DNA of 63,712 bases, filler included, from Pelomyxa schiedti (lineage: Eukaryota; Protista; Evosea): NCBI GenBank assembly GCA_020536535.1. It is 9 parts of 9 records of this genome, joined end to end, with 100 filler letters (N's around TTAATTAATTAA, not from the genome) between each part and the next. Parts side by side here need not be neighbours in the genome. Positions count along the whole stretch, not along the records: positions 51,328 to 63,712 come from JAHLWZ010001216.1; 8 more parts are not named here. One strand, given 5' to 3'. The notes below the pieces were generated by a model. The model made no database searches. It saw nothing but the letters and a program-made list of their open reading frames with translations, and was not told the origin of the DNA. Within the stretch, counting starts at the first letter, position 1. Each line of letters opens with the position of its first letter. Below, one piece after another: positions 52,062 through 63,600 of the stretch. The translations under genes and the position numbers were made by a program.

Positions 52062-53260
52062 CAATCTTTCTGTGGTACAACAGTGGGGGATTCAAGGAAA
52101 GGCCATTAGAATGAACACTCCGGCGGTTCCTGTGAATGGCCGGCTCTGTCCCTAACTAAGTTTCCCGATGATTCTTGGAACTTGCTCTCTGACAGATCAT
52201 CCCCCTTTTTGAATTTGTCGTCCTCAACAACTCCTAACCGCTTTGGTGCCGGTGGAGTAACTGTGTACAACTTGTAGTCGCTGAGGCGGGCTGGAGGGTG
52301 GTGTTTTCAGGTTGGTCTGCCGGTATTCGTTGTTGGTGCGGTCACCGCTTTTGTCGGTGCTGAGTCGGCACCCGTGGTGGGCAGGTCTGCATCGCTATCG
52401 GCCTCATTGTGGGTCGGTTGTGTGGCTCGTGTTGATTGTACAACTTGTGTTGTTGTTCTTGTTGTCTCGGGTGGTCTTGTGGGCTCTGGTGTTGTTGGTG
52501 GTTGCCACTCCCCATCTCGTGGGTCAATGCCGCCATTGACGTCGCGCGTAAGGGAAGGTACTTCTTCGTACTTTTCAATCTCTCTCTTCCTGTTTTCTCT
52601 CTTCCTTCCCTGCTTTTCTTCCCACCTTTGGTGTCGTTCTTCTTTTGTGTCCAGGGTGCCCTTGGGTTCCAGTGATGGATCAAATGTATCTCCTGCTGCA
52701 ATTTCCAGTGCCACCTCTGGTGTTCTTGGGTAATACTCCTTGAGTCTGCTCACGTGGATCAGCTGGGCAAGGGGAAATCCTCTGTCATTCTCCAGTTGGT
52801 ACAGATTAGCATTGACTTTGTCAATGATGACAAAAGGGCCTTGCCAACGAGCTCCTTGTCTTCATTCCGTGTGATCTGGTTCACATACATCCAGACTTGC
52901 TGTCCCACATGAAAGCTTGGAGGATTCTTCATTTGACCTCTCGAATTCAATCAGTTTCCTGTCAATCAGTGTCCTGTTGAAGCGCTCCACCTGTCCATTT
53001 GTCTGAGGTCTGTATGCTGTTGTTAACCTATGTTCAATGCTGAAAATCTTATTGACTTCTTCCACCAGATCATTCAAAAAGTGACTGCCTCTGTCTGAAA
53101 TGAGGATATCAGGGATCCCATGGTGGCAGATCCAGAAGTCAATAAATATTCGTGCAGTAGTTGCTGTGTCTGCACTGACTGTGGCAAAAGCCTCAGGCCA
53201 CTTTATGAAGTGGTCCACAAATACCAGGATGTATTCGTTTCCTTGTGGGGCAGGCGGTAT
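52062..53260 (-). mobile_element. 3' end of a Ty3/gypsy element: integrase core, tail ORF, polypurine tract and start of 3' LTR
   Basis: YILVFVDHFIKWPEAF...ISDRGSHF...YRPQTNGQVERFNRTL is a DDE integrase. On the minus strand an A/G-run PPT (~52201-52210) precedes TGTCAGAGAG at 52194. Confidence 0.85.
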
Positions 53261-53808
53261 GTCGGTGCCGTTGACTGTGTGGCAAGTCAGTGCAACAACA
53301 ACAAAGGGACCTAGGAAGAGAAAGGTTAAAGTCACACAACTCTGTGGTCCCATCCACCAAAAACCTACCTTGGGTACGAAACAAGCATAATTTTTTTTTC
53401 GTTTAGCAGGATGGAAGAAGAGACCGGATTCAGACAGTACAACCAATAATAAGCTCCGTCAACAACATGTTGGGCATGCAAAGCTTTTGGTCCGAACAGA
53501 GGCATCCCAACTCTGTACCCGCACACAAGTTTCAGGGCAAAAAATTGTTTTATCAGATTTGCACCAAATTGGTGTTCTGTCTCGGCCCTTCCTCATTTCT
53601 ATCCAACTCAAAGTGACATTCCTTTCTTACAGTCTGTGACACTGGTCAGCGGCACGGTCAACAGACCTGCCTCACTAAAGAAAGATAAAAAAACCGAGTG
53701 TGGAAACTAATCTCCTACCACATGCTCCACTAGAAGCAACTAGGAGAAAATAGTGAAAAATCTTTATCAATCTGTAAAAAACCAATAACAAAGAAGGTTT
53801 CCTAATGA

Positions 53809-56800
53809 CTAACACCCACCCCTGGTGGTTGGTGTTGTGCTTGTTGCATCTGTTTCGAAGAGAGACATGGAAAGAAAAGATTCGAGTCGGCCTCTAAGAC
53901 TGCAATCTGTTTTCTTTTGGGCACTCAAACTCTCGTTGAAAGCAAGCAGAGTCTCCAACCTTTCCTCTGGAATCTTTTCCAAAGTGTCTGCACACAGAGT
54001 GGCAATCAGCTTAACAATGCCTTTTATCTGTTCTTGCAAGTTGTTCAAGCAAAGGACTAATGAGGCATGTGCTTTCTCGATCTGTTCAGCAATAAAATCA
54101 CTTGATTTGCATCGTAGAGAAAGCTGATCACAAGCAAGTTCCAGCATTGCCTTGGAACACACATAATAGTATTCAGGTTGGTCCAAGAATACTCTGTTCC
54201 AGAAAGAGACTTTCCCCTCTTCAACACCACCAACAATCGTCAAAGGTGTACTCTTAATTTGAGGGAGCACACACTGCTCCAAAACCCTTCTCACTTGATC
54301 TTCAAACTTCGTTGTTATCCCGTGCAACTTAGCGACGCATTCTTTCTCATCTACTTCTATTGGAATGGTGCAAAGTTGGTCCTTTAGGGTGCCGGCAATT
54401 GTGTTCAGTTTCCGCCTAAAAATGGATTGCTTGATTGCCTCAAGCCGGTTTTCAACAGGGGCTGCAATAAAGAAATCTGCAATTTTCTTTGAGAGGAGCT
54501 GCTGAGCTTCATCTGCCTCTTGCTGGTTGTCGAATACTATGTTGCTTTTCACGTTAAAGTCCGCGCTGACTGTATCCCCAATCATGTACCGTTCTATTCT
54601 GTCGTGGTAGACTGCCCCATGTGGGCAGTTCGCCTCCCAAGCCTCAAATACCGTTTTCAAATGCCTCCTCTCCTCCTCAATAAGGCTCGACAGATTACCT
54701 TGAAAGGCAGATACAATACTTGGTTTGAGTTCCTCCAGGAGCAGGCATGATTGAAACGATTCTTCTATCATTGTGGAAATTGCCTGCAAGTGGTGGATGA
54801 AGGCCTCTCTATTGCTCTGGTGCTGACAGAGCGCAATCAGTGTGCATACAGTGGAGTCCAAGGAGCCAAGAGCTTTGCTCCAGACTTGAACTGATTCAAG
54901 ACACTGAGTAGGAAGCAGCTTGAGAGCAGTTGGTAAAACACTTGCAGTTAGAATGGAGTCCAGATTTGAGGATTGTCGCACTGGTTTAAGTCCACGTTCT
55001 ATGAGCACTTCCCTTTTGTATCCTTCAGGCAAATCGCTGAGGAACGCCACCCAGTCGTTGAAGGCTGTTTCAAGAAGAGACTTGACAACTTCAAACTCTG
55101 TGTTGGAGCACTCATCTTGCCATTGTTGTGGTTCACTACCCTTCTCCAGCAGTTTTTGCAGGATTGGTTCTCCCCAGGTTATACTGTGCACGACTTTTGC
55201 ACGCAGCCAATGTACCTGAAGCTTGCTCAGCCCATATTCCTTTCTGTAATATTCCCTATATTGTGCCAGCTTTTCCACAGGGCTTGCTGCACTTCCAAGC
55301 ACACTGCTCTCAAATTTGTTGATAATAACCATTGGGTTAAGTGGTCTTGGATTCGTCTTCATTACCAGTTTGACCAGTTCTGTTGATGAGCTGTCAAAGA
55401 CCCGTGATGGTTCGGTGAGGCAAAGAACTCCATTTGATTCCTGGAAAATTCTGCTTGCTAGTTTGCAAGTATTTATCATGAACTCTCCCACACCCCTCTC
55501 AGATACCCCAGGTGTATCAACAAACAACAGTGAGCCTGGAAACGGTATTTTTACACCCCTGCAACAAAACCGAATCAGAGGCAGTTCATCAACGACAGCA
55601 CCCCTTCCCGCCAAGAGGCACGTGAGAGGAGACACACTCCTGAGTCGGAAACCAAAACGAGGCGAGTCCTTCAGACTGTAAACAAGCCGCACCAACCCAT
55701 TGAGCCTTTCCAGAGTGATTCTGACTTCCTCCTCGCCCACTATCTCCTGGCAAACCCAGCTGTCAAGTTTCCCTCTTGTGAGAGGTACATATAGCCGCTT
55801 GTATGCATCACAAGCTTCGCGCGAGAGGACTGGAGCATCAGTAGGAAGACCCACTTCATGCAGGGAATCAATTGATTGGCCGATGCACATCCATGCTTCC
55901 TGAAGGCTTCTGTACAACGTTGCAGGAATTGACATGACCGGTTTGAGCACTGCTACATCATGACGGATGCAGATAGGAATTGCCGTATTAGGATCCACAT
56001 CAATTGGCAGGCACCGGCACCCCACAATCGACTCCATAAGGGTAGTTTTGCCCGTGCTTGTTGGACCGCACACACTGATCGTCGCCCTCATGGAATACAA
56101 AGTGCACAGCCTTCTGATGATTGTCTCTAATGCTGAAATAGAAGGCAGCACAGCATCTTTGCGGCAAACAACCTTTTGTTCCAGTGCCGAGAATAATAGG
56201 TTCCCCGATGTTTCCAGCGATGTTATTGTGGATTGGCAGATTTCGGCGCACTCAGTCAGCTTAGTAGTGAGCCGGCGGCGATTTTCTTGCTCTTCCTCCA
56301 AAGCTTGCCGGACCTCCAGGGACGTGGTGCGTGGCAGCGAAGGGGGCCGAGGAGCAGGTCGTAGAGCTTCTTGCTGCAAAAACTTGTACACTTTCGTTGC
56401 CTGAGAAAACGCACCTGAAAACTCATCACGGAACTGCTGGTACAACGGCAAAATGGTGGGATTGATAGATGCATTATCGGCGGCACTTATTTGGATTTGA
56501 AGAAGCTCACCAGTTGTTTTCATTGATTTATTGGCTGAGCACTCGGTGGGGCTTGCAGCAGTTGACACTTTATGGAATTCCGCTGGAATATGCGCTAAGG
56601 TAACAGAAGACCCAAGAGTGGGTTGGGTATCAGATAGTGATGACCCAGCAAACATATCAGCCCTAAATGGTTTTTGTTGAAGGCTAGACTCAAATCTGAG
56701 GTTGAGAAACTGTGCAGCCTCGTATTGTGAGCCATTAAAGCCAAAAACTCTGACCATAAAATTCATTTGGGTATTGTGAGTGGCCCAAGCTCGAAGCACA

Positions 56801-57207
56801 GAGGGTTTCCCCAGAGCGTCAGTGTAAATGCTTCTCTTGGTGCATAGTTCTTCAACGGATGGTAGTGAATCACTACCACAGAGCTTTAATAGTAGCCAGC
56901 GAACTGTACCAGGATTGAGAAGCTGCTCCAGGATTTCGGCCCCCTGTTCCACCGAAGACGCACTTCGAATTTTTTGTAAAAATTTGGTCTCAGTGTCTGC
57001 CAGTTTGTGAGTATTTTGGCTTTTAATTTCGCAACCTGCAATCGGTGGATGATCGTGACAGCTTGAGCACATAAACAACACTCTGCCGTCGGTTAGAGCA
57101 TTCATGAACAATACTGTGGCGTCACTCCTTTGACAGACACAACACTCTGCAGGTTTTGTCGTAGCTCGTGCACCCCCATCTACGGGCACAAAGCGGGATG
57201 GGTCCAT
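53809..57207 (-). CDS. Intronless 1132-aa bacterial-type dynamin-like GTPase (CrfC/YjdA-like) with an N-terminal CxxC...CxxC finger
   Basis: G1 ISVCGPTSTGKTT is followed by IVGCRCLP...NTAIPICIRH, then LNGLVRL, G3 LFVDTPG and G4 INKFE. A long helical stalk follows. The N-terminus reads CCVC...MCSSCH. Confidence 0.85.
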   Translation of the reverse strand: MDPSRFVPVDGGARATTKPAECCVCQRSDATVLFMNALTDGRVLFMCSSCHDHPPIAGCEIKSQNTHKLADTETKFLQKIRSASSVEQGAEILEQLLNPGTVRWLLLKLCGSDSLPSVEELCTKRSIYTDALGKPSVLRAWATHNTQMNFMVRVFGFNGSQYEAAQFLNLRFESSLQQKPFRADMFAGSSLSDTQPTLGSSVTLAHIPAEFHKVSTAASPTECSANKSMKTTGELLQIQISAADNASINPTILPLYQQFRDEFSGAFSQATKVYKFLQQEALRPAPRPPSLPRTTSLEVRQALEEEQENRRRLTTKLTECAEICQSTITSLETSGNLLFSALEQKVVCRKDAVLPSISALETIIRRLCTLYSMRATISVCGPTSTGKTTLMESIVGCRCLPIDVDPNTAIPICIRHDVAVLKPVMSIPATLYRSLQEAWMCIGQSIDSLHEVGLPTDAPVLSREACDAYKRLYVPLTRGKLDSWVCQEIVGEEEVRITLERLNGLVRLVYSLKDSPRFGFRLRSVSPLTCLLAGRGAVVDELPLIRFCCRGVKIPFPGSLLFVDTPGVSERGVGEFMINTCKLASRIFQESNGVLCLTEPSRVFDSSSTELVKLVMKTNPRPLNPMVIINKFESSVLGSAASPVEKLAQYREYYRKEYGLSKLQVHWLRAKVVHSITWGEPILQKLLEKGSEPQQWQDECSNTEFEVVKSLLETAFNDWVAFLSDLPEGYKREVLIERGLKPVRQSSNLDSILTASVLPTALKLLPTQCLESVQVWSKALGSLDSTVCTLIALCQHQSNREAFIHHLQAISTMIEESFQSCLLLEELKPSIVSAFQGNLSSLIEEERRHLKTVFEAWEANCPHGAVYHDRIERYMIGDTVSADFNVKSNIVFDNQQEADEAQQLLSKKIADFFIAAPVENRLEAIKQSIFRRKLNTIAGTLKDQLCTIPIEVDEKECVAKLHGITTKFEDQVRRVLEQCVLPQIKSTPLTIVGGVEEGKVSFWNRVFLDQPEYYYVCSKAMLELACDQLSLRCKSSDFIAEQIEKAHASLVLCLNNLQEQIKGIVKLIATLCADTLEKIPEERLETLLAFNESLSAQKKTDCSLRGRLESFLSMSLFETDATSTTPTTRGGC

Positions 57208-57300
57208 TTGGTTAGTTTTTTACTGAATTCGGAGAAGCCAAAACTTGACCAACTTTCTTGAAGTTGGAAAAAAGAAGGCTTCCCTGTATCAAGAGACCTC

Positions 57301-58370
57301 ATGCGCAACGTCTGTTCTGTTGTGGGAGCAACAGCCCATTCAACTGCAAGCACGCCATCCTCTGCAGCCTCAACATGCGCGTCGTCCACAGTCTACAGTA
57401 AAATCAGAAATACGGCAAGTGACCTTTACTTGGGTGTCGACTCAGACAACAAGTGGTTGCGAACTGTCCCCAACGAAAAGGCTCTTATCTGGTATCAGGT
57501 GCGTGTGACTGACACTGGGAATTTTTATTCACATGGAGTTGAAGGTCGGACCAAGCTACCAGTGCATCCTCGTCACTTTTGTGCAGAACGATGGACAGAC
57601 GGTGCCGCGCTTTTTAGATTTCCGTGAGGTGACTGGCTCTGGAAAGCTGTACGACGAGGTTACCGCAGATTGCATTTTCCGGTATGAACAGTCTGAAACC
57701 ACGACCTTTTTAGTCTGTCCCAGGATAGAGAAAGCTTCCACTGGCAATGCTCTGCTCAATATTCGGTACTGCGATTACCTCTCTCTGAAGGGTGAATTCC
57801 CGTACGTCTGTTCAGATGGAGATCCCTCTGTGCCTGAAGGAGTGTGGGAATTTTCTTTTACTTCCCGTCCCTTTGTTCTACGAGGTGCCGCCCATGGGTC
57901 GGCCTACCTAGGTAGCAGTGATGGAAAATGGCTCAACTCTGTTCCCGTGGCATCAAAGGCTCTGAAGTGGTACCAGGTAAATAACTTTTCCCTCACCGCT
58001 TTCTTATTACCGTATTAACAAGGCGGGACCTAATGACTCCTGTATATTTGTGACTTTTGTGAGAAGTACCCTTGATGGCAGAAGGTGTTTTACACCTCGT
58101 TTTCTGGATTATCGTAGAGTTACTGGTGCTGTCAAGCTACATAGTACTGCCTCCGAGTACTGTATGTTCAGGTAAATAACTTCCCACCCTTTTGTTGTTC
58201 ACTGATTGTCAAGGATACTGAATGCTCCAGATGGCTTGATACTTTGCAATGTCAAATACAACTGCTGGATGCATTGGCCTAGCATTAACGACACCCCCTA
58301 TGTAGATGAGGAGGGTACCTCAGCAGGACCAACAGCCAAGTGGGTGGCTGAATACTATGATTGGCTCTGA
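57301..58370 (+). CDS. Three-intron gene encoding two tandem ~140-aa repeats (beta-trefoil-like, inferred)
   Basis: Repeat 1: LYLGVDSDNKWLRTVP..KALIWYQ|VGP..CILVTFV..PRFLDFREVTG..CIFR. Repeat 2: AYLGSSDGKWLNSVP..KALKWYQ|AGP..CIFVTFV..PRFLDYRRVTG..CMFR. The intron after WYQ is at the same position in both. Confidence 0.75.
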
Positions 58371-58837
58371 GAAATATGTGTTCTTTTATGTAACACCCTT
58401 GGGCAATGCTTGACAACACCATCACAAAAAAAAATTAATTTCTCAGATTTTTTGAGAGATACAAAAACCTGAACCACAAATTCCTTCACTATTCATCCCT
58501 GGAATCTGTCAAGGTAACCAGACAACAGTATCAAACCGAGAATTCCCAGGGGAAATGCAGGAATGTGGCTTACAGGTCCCAGGGAAGTGTGTGCTGGGCA
58601 AGATGCACTGTTGGTGCTGTTACACCCAGGGCCCAGTCTGTTCACCAGGGGCTATCTGGTTGCATTCAGATAGTTCCCCCTTGAATTACCTTTGTTGGGG
58701 ATATCACATCTAATGGCTGGGTGTTGTTGGGTTGGGTACCTTGATGTTTCCGGAAGTGCGAATCAGACCCAGAGATCTAGCCCCTGTGCCATTGGAGTAG
58801 AATTGCCAATGTCATCATTGGGTTTGCCTTTGAGTAT

Positions 58838-58967
58838 TGTCAGAGAGCAAGTTCCAAGATTCATCAGGGAACTTAGTCTGGGACAGAGCTGGCCATTCAC
58901 AGGAACCGGAGTGTTCATTCTAATGGCCTTTCCTTGAATCCCCCACTGTTGTACCACAGAAAGATTG
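58838..58967 (+). mobile_element. LTR fragment, inverted copy of 52062..52194
   Basis: TGTCAGAGAGCAAGTTCCAAGA...CCCCCACTGTTGTACCACAGAAAGATTG matches the reverse complement of 52062-52194. Confidence 0.8.
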
Positions 58968-60118
58968 CAGTAGGCCCATAAAATCCAACTCACAAAAGTG
59001 AAAAACCTACTCGCAAAACTAAAAGCCGACTCGGAATTTTTCAACCAACTTCACATTTTTCCCTTTTTCTATTCTCAAGACAGGTGAGCCTTGTGGCCTT
59101 GATCAGCCTCATTACTGGTGGACAAAGGGGAAGGTCCCAGCCGTTTGAGGTCAGTGCCTACCATGATCCAACAATTCACTTAGAATTCTATTGTTTTTGG
59201 AACATACCAATATTGGCCAAGCCTCCTGAAGCTCAGCAATGAGCAAGAACAACACATAATTTCCAGCTCTGGACACTGGAAGATCTCTTTGAGTTGAATA
59301 GTGTGTGATTCTGCAAACACACAGGCAAACTGTGCAAAAGGCACACTCGCGAGACTCGAGACTGGACACTCAGAGGCTGAGTCATCACTTACCAAGTTCA
59401 GAAATCAAGTTCACAGAAAGATCATCAAAACACACACTGAGTCACCTCATTTCTATAAAAATATACAAAAAAACCTCAACACAAGAACCCACACCCAAAT
59501 GTATCCATCCATTCCAAGATGAATAAAATACTTTGTGCATATTTATTCTCTTTTGGTGCAGTTTCCCACTGAAGGAAACAATAGCATAATTTTTTCCTCT
59601 GATTGATAACCCTCATTTCAAGGTGTGTGGGCACAGGTGATGAATTCTGCTCCCATTGAAAAAACAGCTGTTCAAGTTCTTTTTCTGTTGCAGGGTTCTT
59701 CTGGAAACAAAGCTCCTGAAGACAATGAGAAGTGTGCAAGTGTTTGGTTGTTTTTGCTTGAAAATTGGAGCATGGCCAATTAAGGGGCTACCAACTGTAC
59801 CATGTGTAAGAGTCAAAATAAAGTGTTCACAAATAACACAAACAGCACCCATAACTTTTTGGTTACAAACATTCACAACCCATAACTTGGAGTTAAGTGT
59901 CAAATTGTCCAGTAGTACCCAACGAGATATGCTGATTGGGGTGCAATTCCCATCCACTCCTATACCAATGTCACCTTTTGGTTGTGGGTTAGAAGTTTCT
60001 TGTGATTTACATTTGTGAATCAGTGGAGTAACCCATATGTGATAAGAAGTTATGCTGGAAAGTAAGCTGTCAGAGTGATATTATCTTGTCTTTCAACAAA
60101 GGCTCCATGGTGACAAAA

Positions 60119-60271
60119 GTGTTTCTAGGTATATCAACTTCTTTATGAACTTCTCATAATACTTTTGTACTGATTTGTTTCCTTGTTTCAGCTTCATGAT
60201 ATCCCAAAGAAACAAATCAGTACAAGAGTATTATGAGAAGTTCATGAAGAAGCTAACATACCTAAAAACAC
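60119..60271. repeat. ~67-bp inverted repeat made of gag-like sequence (19-nt spacer)
   Basis: 60119-60185 is the imperfect reverse complement of 60205-60271. Both arms read outward as ..NKSVQ(K/E)YYEKF(I/M)KKL.., a gag-like SVxEY motif. Confidence 0.8.
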
Positions 60272-63200
60272 CTACATATTTCTGCAAATTGTTACAAGTC
60301 CAATAATAAATCTCAAAAACACCACTATAAGAGTGTTAACCTTCTTGATAAGAGGTTGGAAGGGGAAGTGGAAGTGGAGGAGACCACACCTGAGGCTGCA
60401 GTTTCACTAAGGGTGGAGGCAGATACTGCTACAACTGCTGAGCAGACACCACAGAATACTCCACAAGATTCATCACCCAAAGCCAAGACCAAGAAGAAAA
60501 AAAGTACCTGGGTATGCACAATGCTTGCCAAAGTCAACAAGCATGCAGTACCTATACTAGTTGACACAGGATTGGCAATCTCTGTCATCAGCGAGGACAC
60601 TGTGGACAGATTAGCACAAGATATACAAGTGGATAACTCACCTAACAGAATCATTGGTGAATGCAAAGTTCAACTCTAGGCAGAATCAAGCTGCTGGTAT
60701 AAATCAGCAAGTCTGAGCATGAAATTACATTCACAATCACTTGGAGTGAAGAATCAAGTCCTATTAGGATGGGACACATTGGTAAGAACAAAGAGCAACA
60801 TACTTCACAGCTGTGGATGCTTCAAATGGCCATGGAGGTTCCAAAGTACACCTATTATTGAAGGTGAAGAGGAGAAGTAATATCACAGTGGTGGAAGATA
60901 CAATGGTAGCAGGCTGGAGAATTGGCAAGGTCAAAGCAGCCCTGCCACTAGCGCTGCATGAGGGAGAAATAGTTCTGCTAGATCGCAGCAAAGCAGCAAT
61001 CAAAGAAGGAATTATGATGAAAAGTACACTCACAGAGGTCACAGAAGACAATCTGGTCACAGTGGAAGTGGCTAACAGCAACGCCAAACCCCTCAATATT
61101 CTGGCCAGGCAAGCCATTGGCAGCTTATGCAGCAGACAGGACAGGACAGTGCCTGGGAAAATCGAGAGACCATAGTCAATGGTTACAGTGGATAGTGGGT
61201 GAACACCTGAATCACAAGGAGAAAGAAGCAATCACGGCACTGCTGAATAGATACAGATGAGTCTTTGCTGTAAAGCCAGAAGAGGTTGGAGAGACCAAGG
61301 GCATAGAGCACAGAATAGAACTAACAGACAACCATCCAATCAACATCAAACACCATATGAATCCAGAGAAGCAGAGAAAATGCTGAAAGCAGGTGTATGC
61401 CAATGGAGTAATTCAGCCTATTCTGCACCTGTAGTCATGGTCAAGAAGAAAGATGGAAGCATAAGGTTCTGTGTAGATTACCGTGAACTGAACAAGACAA
61501 CTGTGAATGACCAATGTAACATCAACAACACATCTCTTTGTAGAGAATTCATACTGGTCAAAGCTGCATGCATTTTCCGGCTACTGGCAAGTGAAGATGA
61601 GAGAAGAGGACATTCACAAGACCGCCATCAACTGTGCACTGGGTCACCTGGAGATGACAAGAATGCCATTCGGACTGACGAACACAGGAGCTACATTCCA
61701 GAGAGCTATGAATTCCATATTCCAAGGCAACCAGTGGATACATATTCTAACTTACATCGACGATATAATAATCTTCTCTAAATCATTTAGTGAGCATATG
61801 GAACATTTGGAAGAAGGTTTTAAATGCCTGTACAAGGCAGGAGTTCGATTGAAGCCCAGCAAGTGCATGTTCTGCACCAAGGAGATCCTAGGACATGTCA
61901 TCAGCTGAGAAGGAATCAGACCAGATCCAGACAAGATACGAGCTATAGTTGACGTGCCAGCGCCAAAGAGCAAGGAAGACAGCAAAGAAGGTATAGGAGT
62001 AATATTAAGTCAAGGAAAGCCAGGAGAGAGAAATTACCGAGTTATCAGTTACTGGAGCAGGAAACTGAAGCAGTACGAAGGGAACTATGCTATCACAGAG
62101 TTGGAAGCTCTAGCAGTAGTATGTGGAATACTGCGCCACAGAGAGTACCTAGACCATGGCCCATGGCACCTGTACACAGACCATTCAGCATTAGTGACAA
62201 TACAGAATACTACCCCACCCAACTCAAGGATATGGCGTTGGTTCACTACCCTTCAATCCTGCATGCCAACACAGATATTCTACAGGAAGGGAAGAAGCAA
62301 CAGTGCAACAGACGCACTATCACGAGCACCTGTAGAAGAAGTCAAGGACAATGAAGAGCAAGAGGGATTGGAAAACCCTACCATTTTCTGACTGTAACAG
62401 TGGATTATATGAGACAAGAACAGCAGAAGGACGCCGAATGCAATGCCTTAGAGGTGCGCCTGTACCTAAGGAGCTAGTGAAGAAACTGGAGTGGTACTTC
62501 ATGGAGGACAACATGCTAAAGCATTGGCAGCCGAATCGGAAGAAAGAAGAGTCCAAGGCTGCCATTGTAGTCCCCATGAGCCGGAGATATGCAATATTCA
62601 CTCAGTTCCACAACAGCGACCTAGGAGGACATATGTCAGCGGAAAGGACTCTAGCTAGAATACTACAAACCTTCTGGTGGGACGGAATCGTAGGAGATAT
62701 CCACAAGCAGATCCGATGTTGCCCATACTGTCAGGTTATGAACCCATTGAACCAGCCCAAGCTCCACACTGCATCTGGCCACGTTTACGCGCCATACCCA
62801 TTCCATACAGTGCAGTGGGGTCATGCCGGTCCGTTTGGAAAGAAAGCAACAGCTAGCGGAAATAAGTTAGTACTGAATATTGTCGACATACATACAAACT
62901 ATTGGCTTTGCATCCCAGTGGGAGATGATTCAAGTGCAACAACAGCGGAAACCCTATGGAGTGAAGTGTACACCAGATATGGCATTCCTCAAGTTGTAAT
63001 AACTAATGGCACAATCAACAGAACACCAGCAAGCTCCTTGATAGACTGCACAAGATAATGAATACAGTGCACAATGTGTCAGCGCCATATCACCCACAGA
63101 CAATCAGCAGAGTCAAGCAGCTCAACACAGTGATGAGAAGAGCGTTAAAGAAGGCAGGAAGTCGCAGTGTAAACTGGGATTTACTGATTCCTGGAAGCAT

Positions 63201-63600
63201 GAGAAACGAAACCAGAAGCCCTACATGTTTCATGAAGGGGACAGAGTAAAGATATACAAGCCTATCAAGTCACCAACTTCAGGGAAGCTGGATATAATGA
63301 CACCAGGACCCTATACATTGTTGAAGAAGATAGGAGAGCACACATGGCTTACCACTGCAGAAGACAGAGACTCCGGAGAGCCACGAGTTGAACATGAAGA
63401 CAGTCTCATAGCATGGCATGATTCAGACAAGGCTCCACTGATACCAAAGGCCATTGGACCTGAAGCAGTAATCCATGGAAAGGTTATTGAAGAGATACTC
63501 GAGCACAAGGAAGTACCTGGAGGGATGTTATACCTTGTGAAGTGGAAAGGATATACCAACGAGGGAGACTGGATACACAGCAACACACTATATTTGGGAC
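60205..63600 (+). mobile_element. Decayed chromodomain-bearing Ty3/gypsy retrotransposon (gag remnant, PR, RT, RH, IN, chromo)
   Basis: PR ILVDTG; RT SAPVVMVKKKDGSIRFCVDYRELN, MPFGL and YIDD; RH ITELEALAV, YTDHSAL and DALSR; IN HNSDLGGH...CPYC; chromo IEEILEHK...YLVKWKGY. Many stops and frameshifts. Confidence 0.92.

Noticed and set aside
53825-57010. Many short plus-strand ORFs over the dynamin gene
   Set aside because: They are antisense shadows of the long minus-strand ORF.
52062-58967. A DNA transposon with 130-bp terminal inverted repeats carrying the dynamin
   Set aside because: The left repeat follows an integrase and polypurine tract and begins TGT, so it is better read as an LTR. 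No transposase or target-site duplication was seen.
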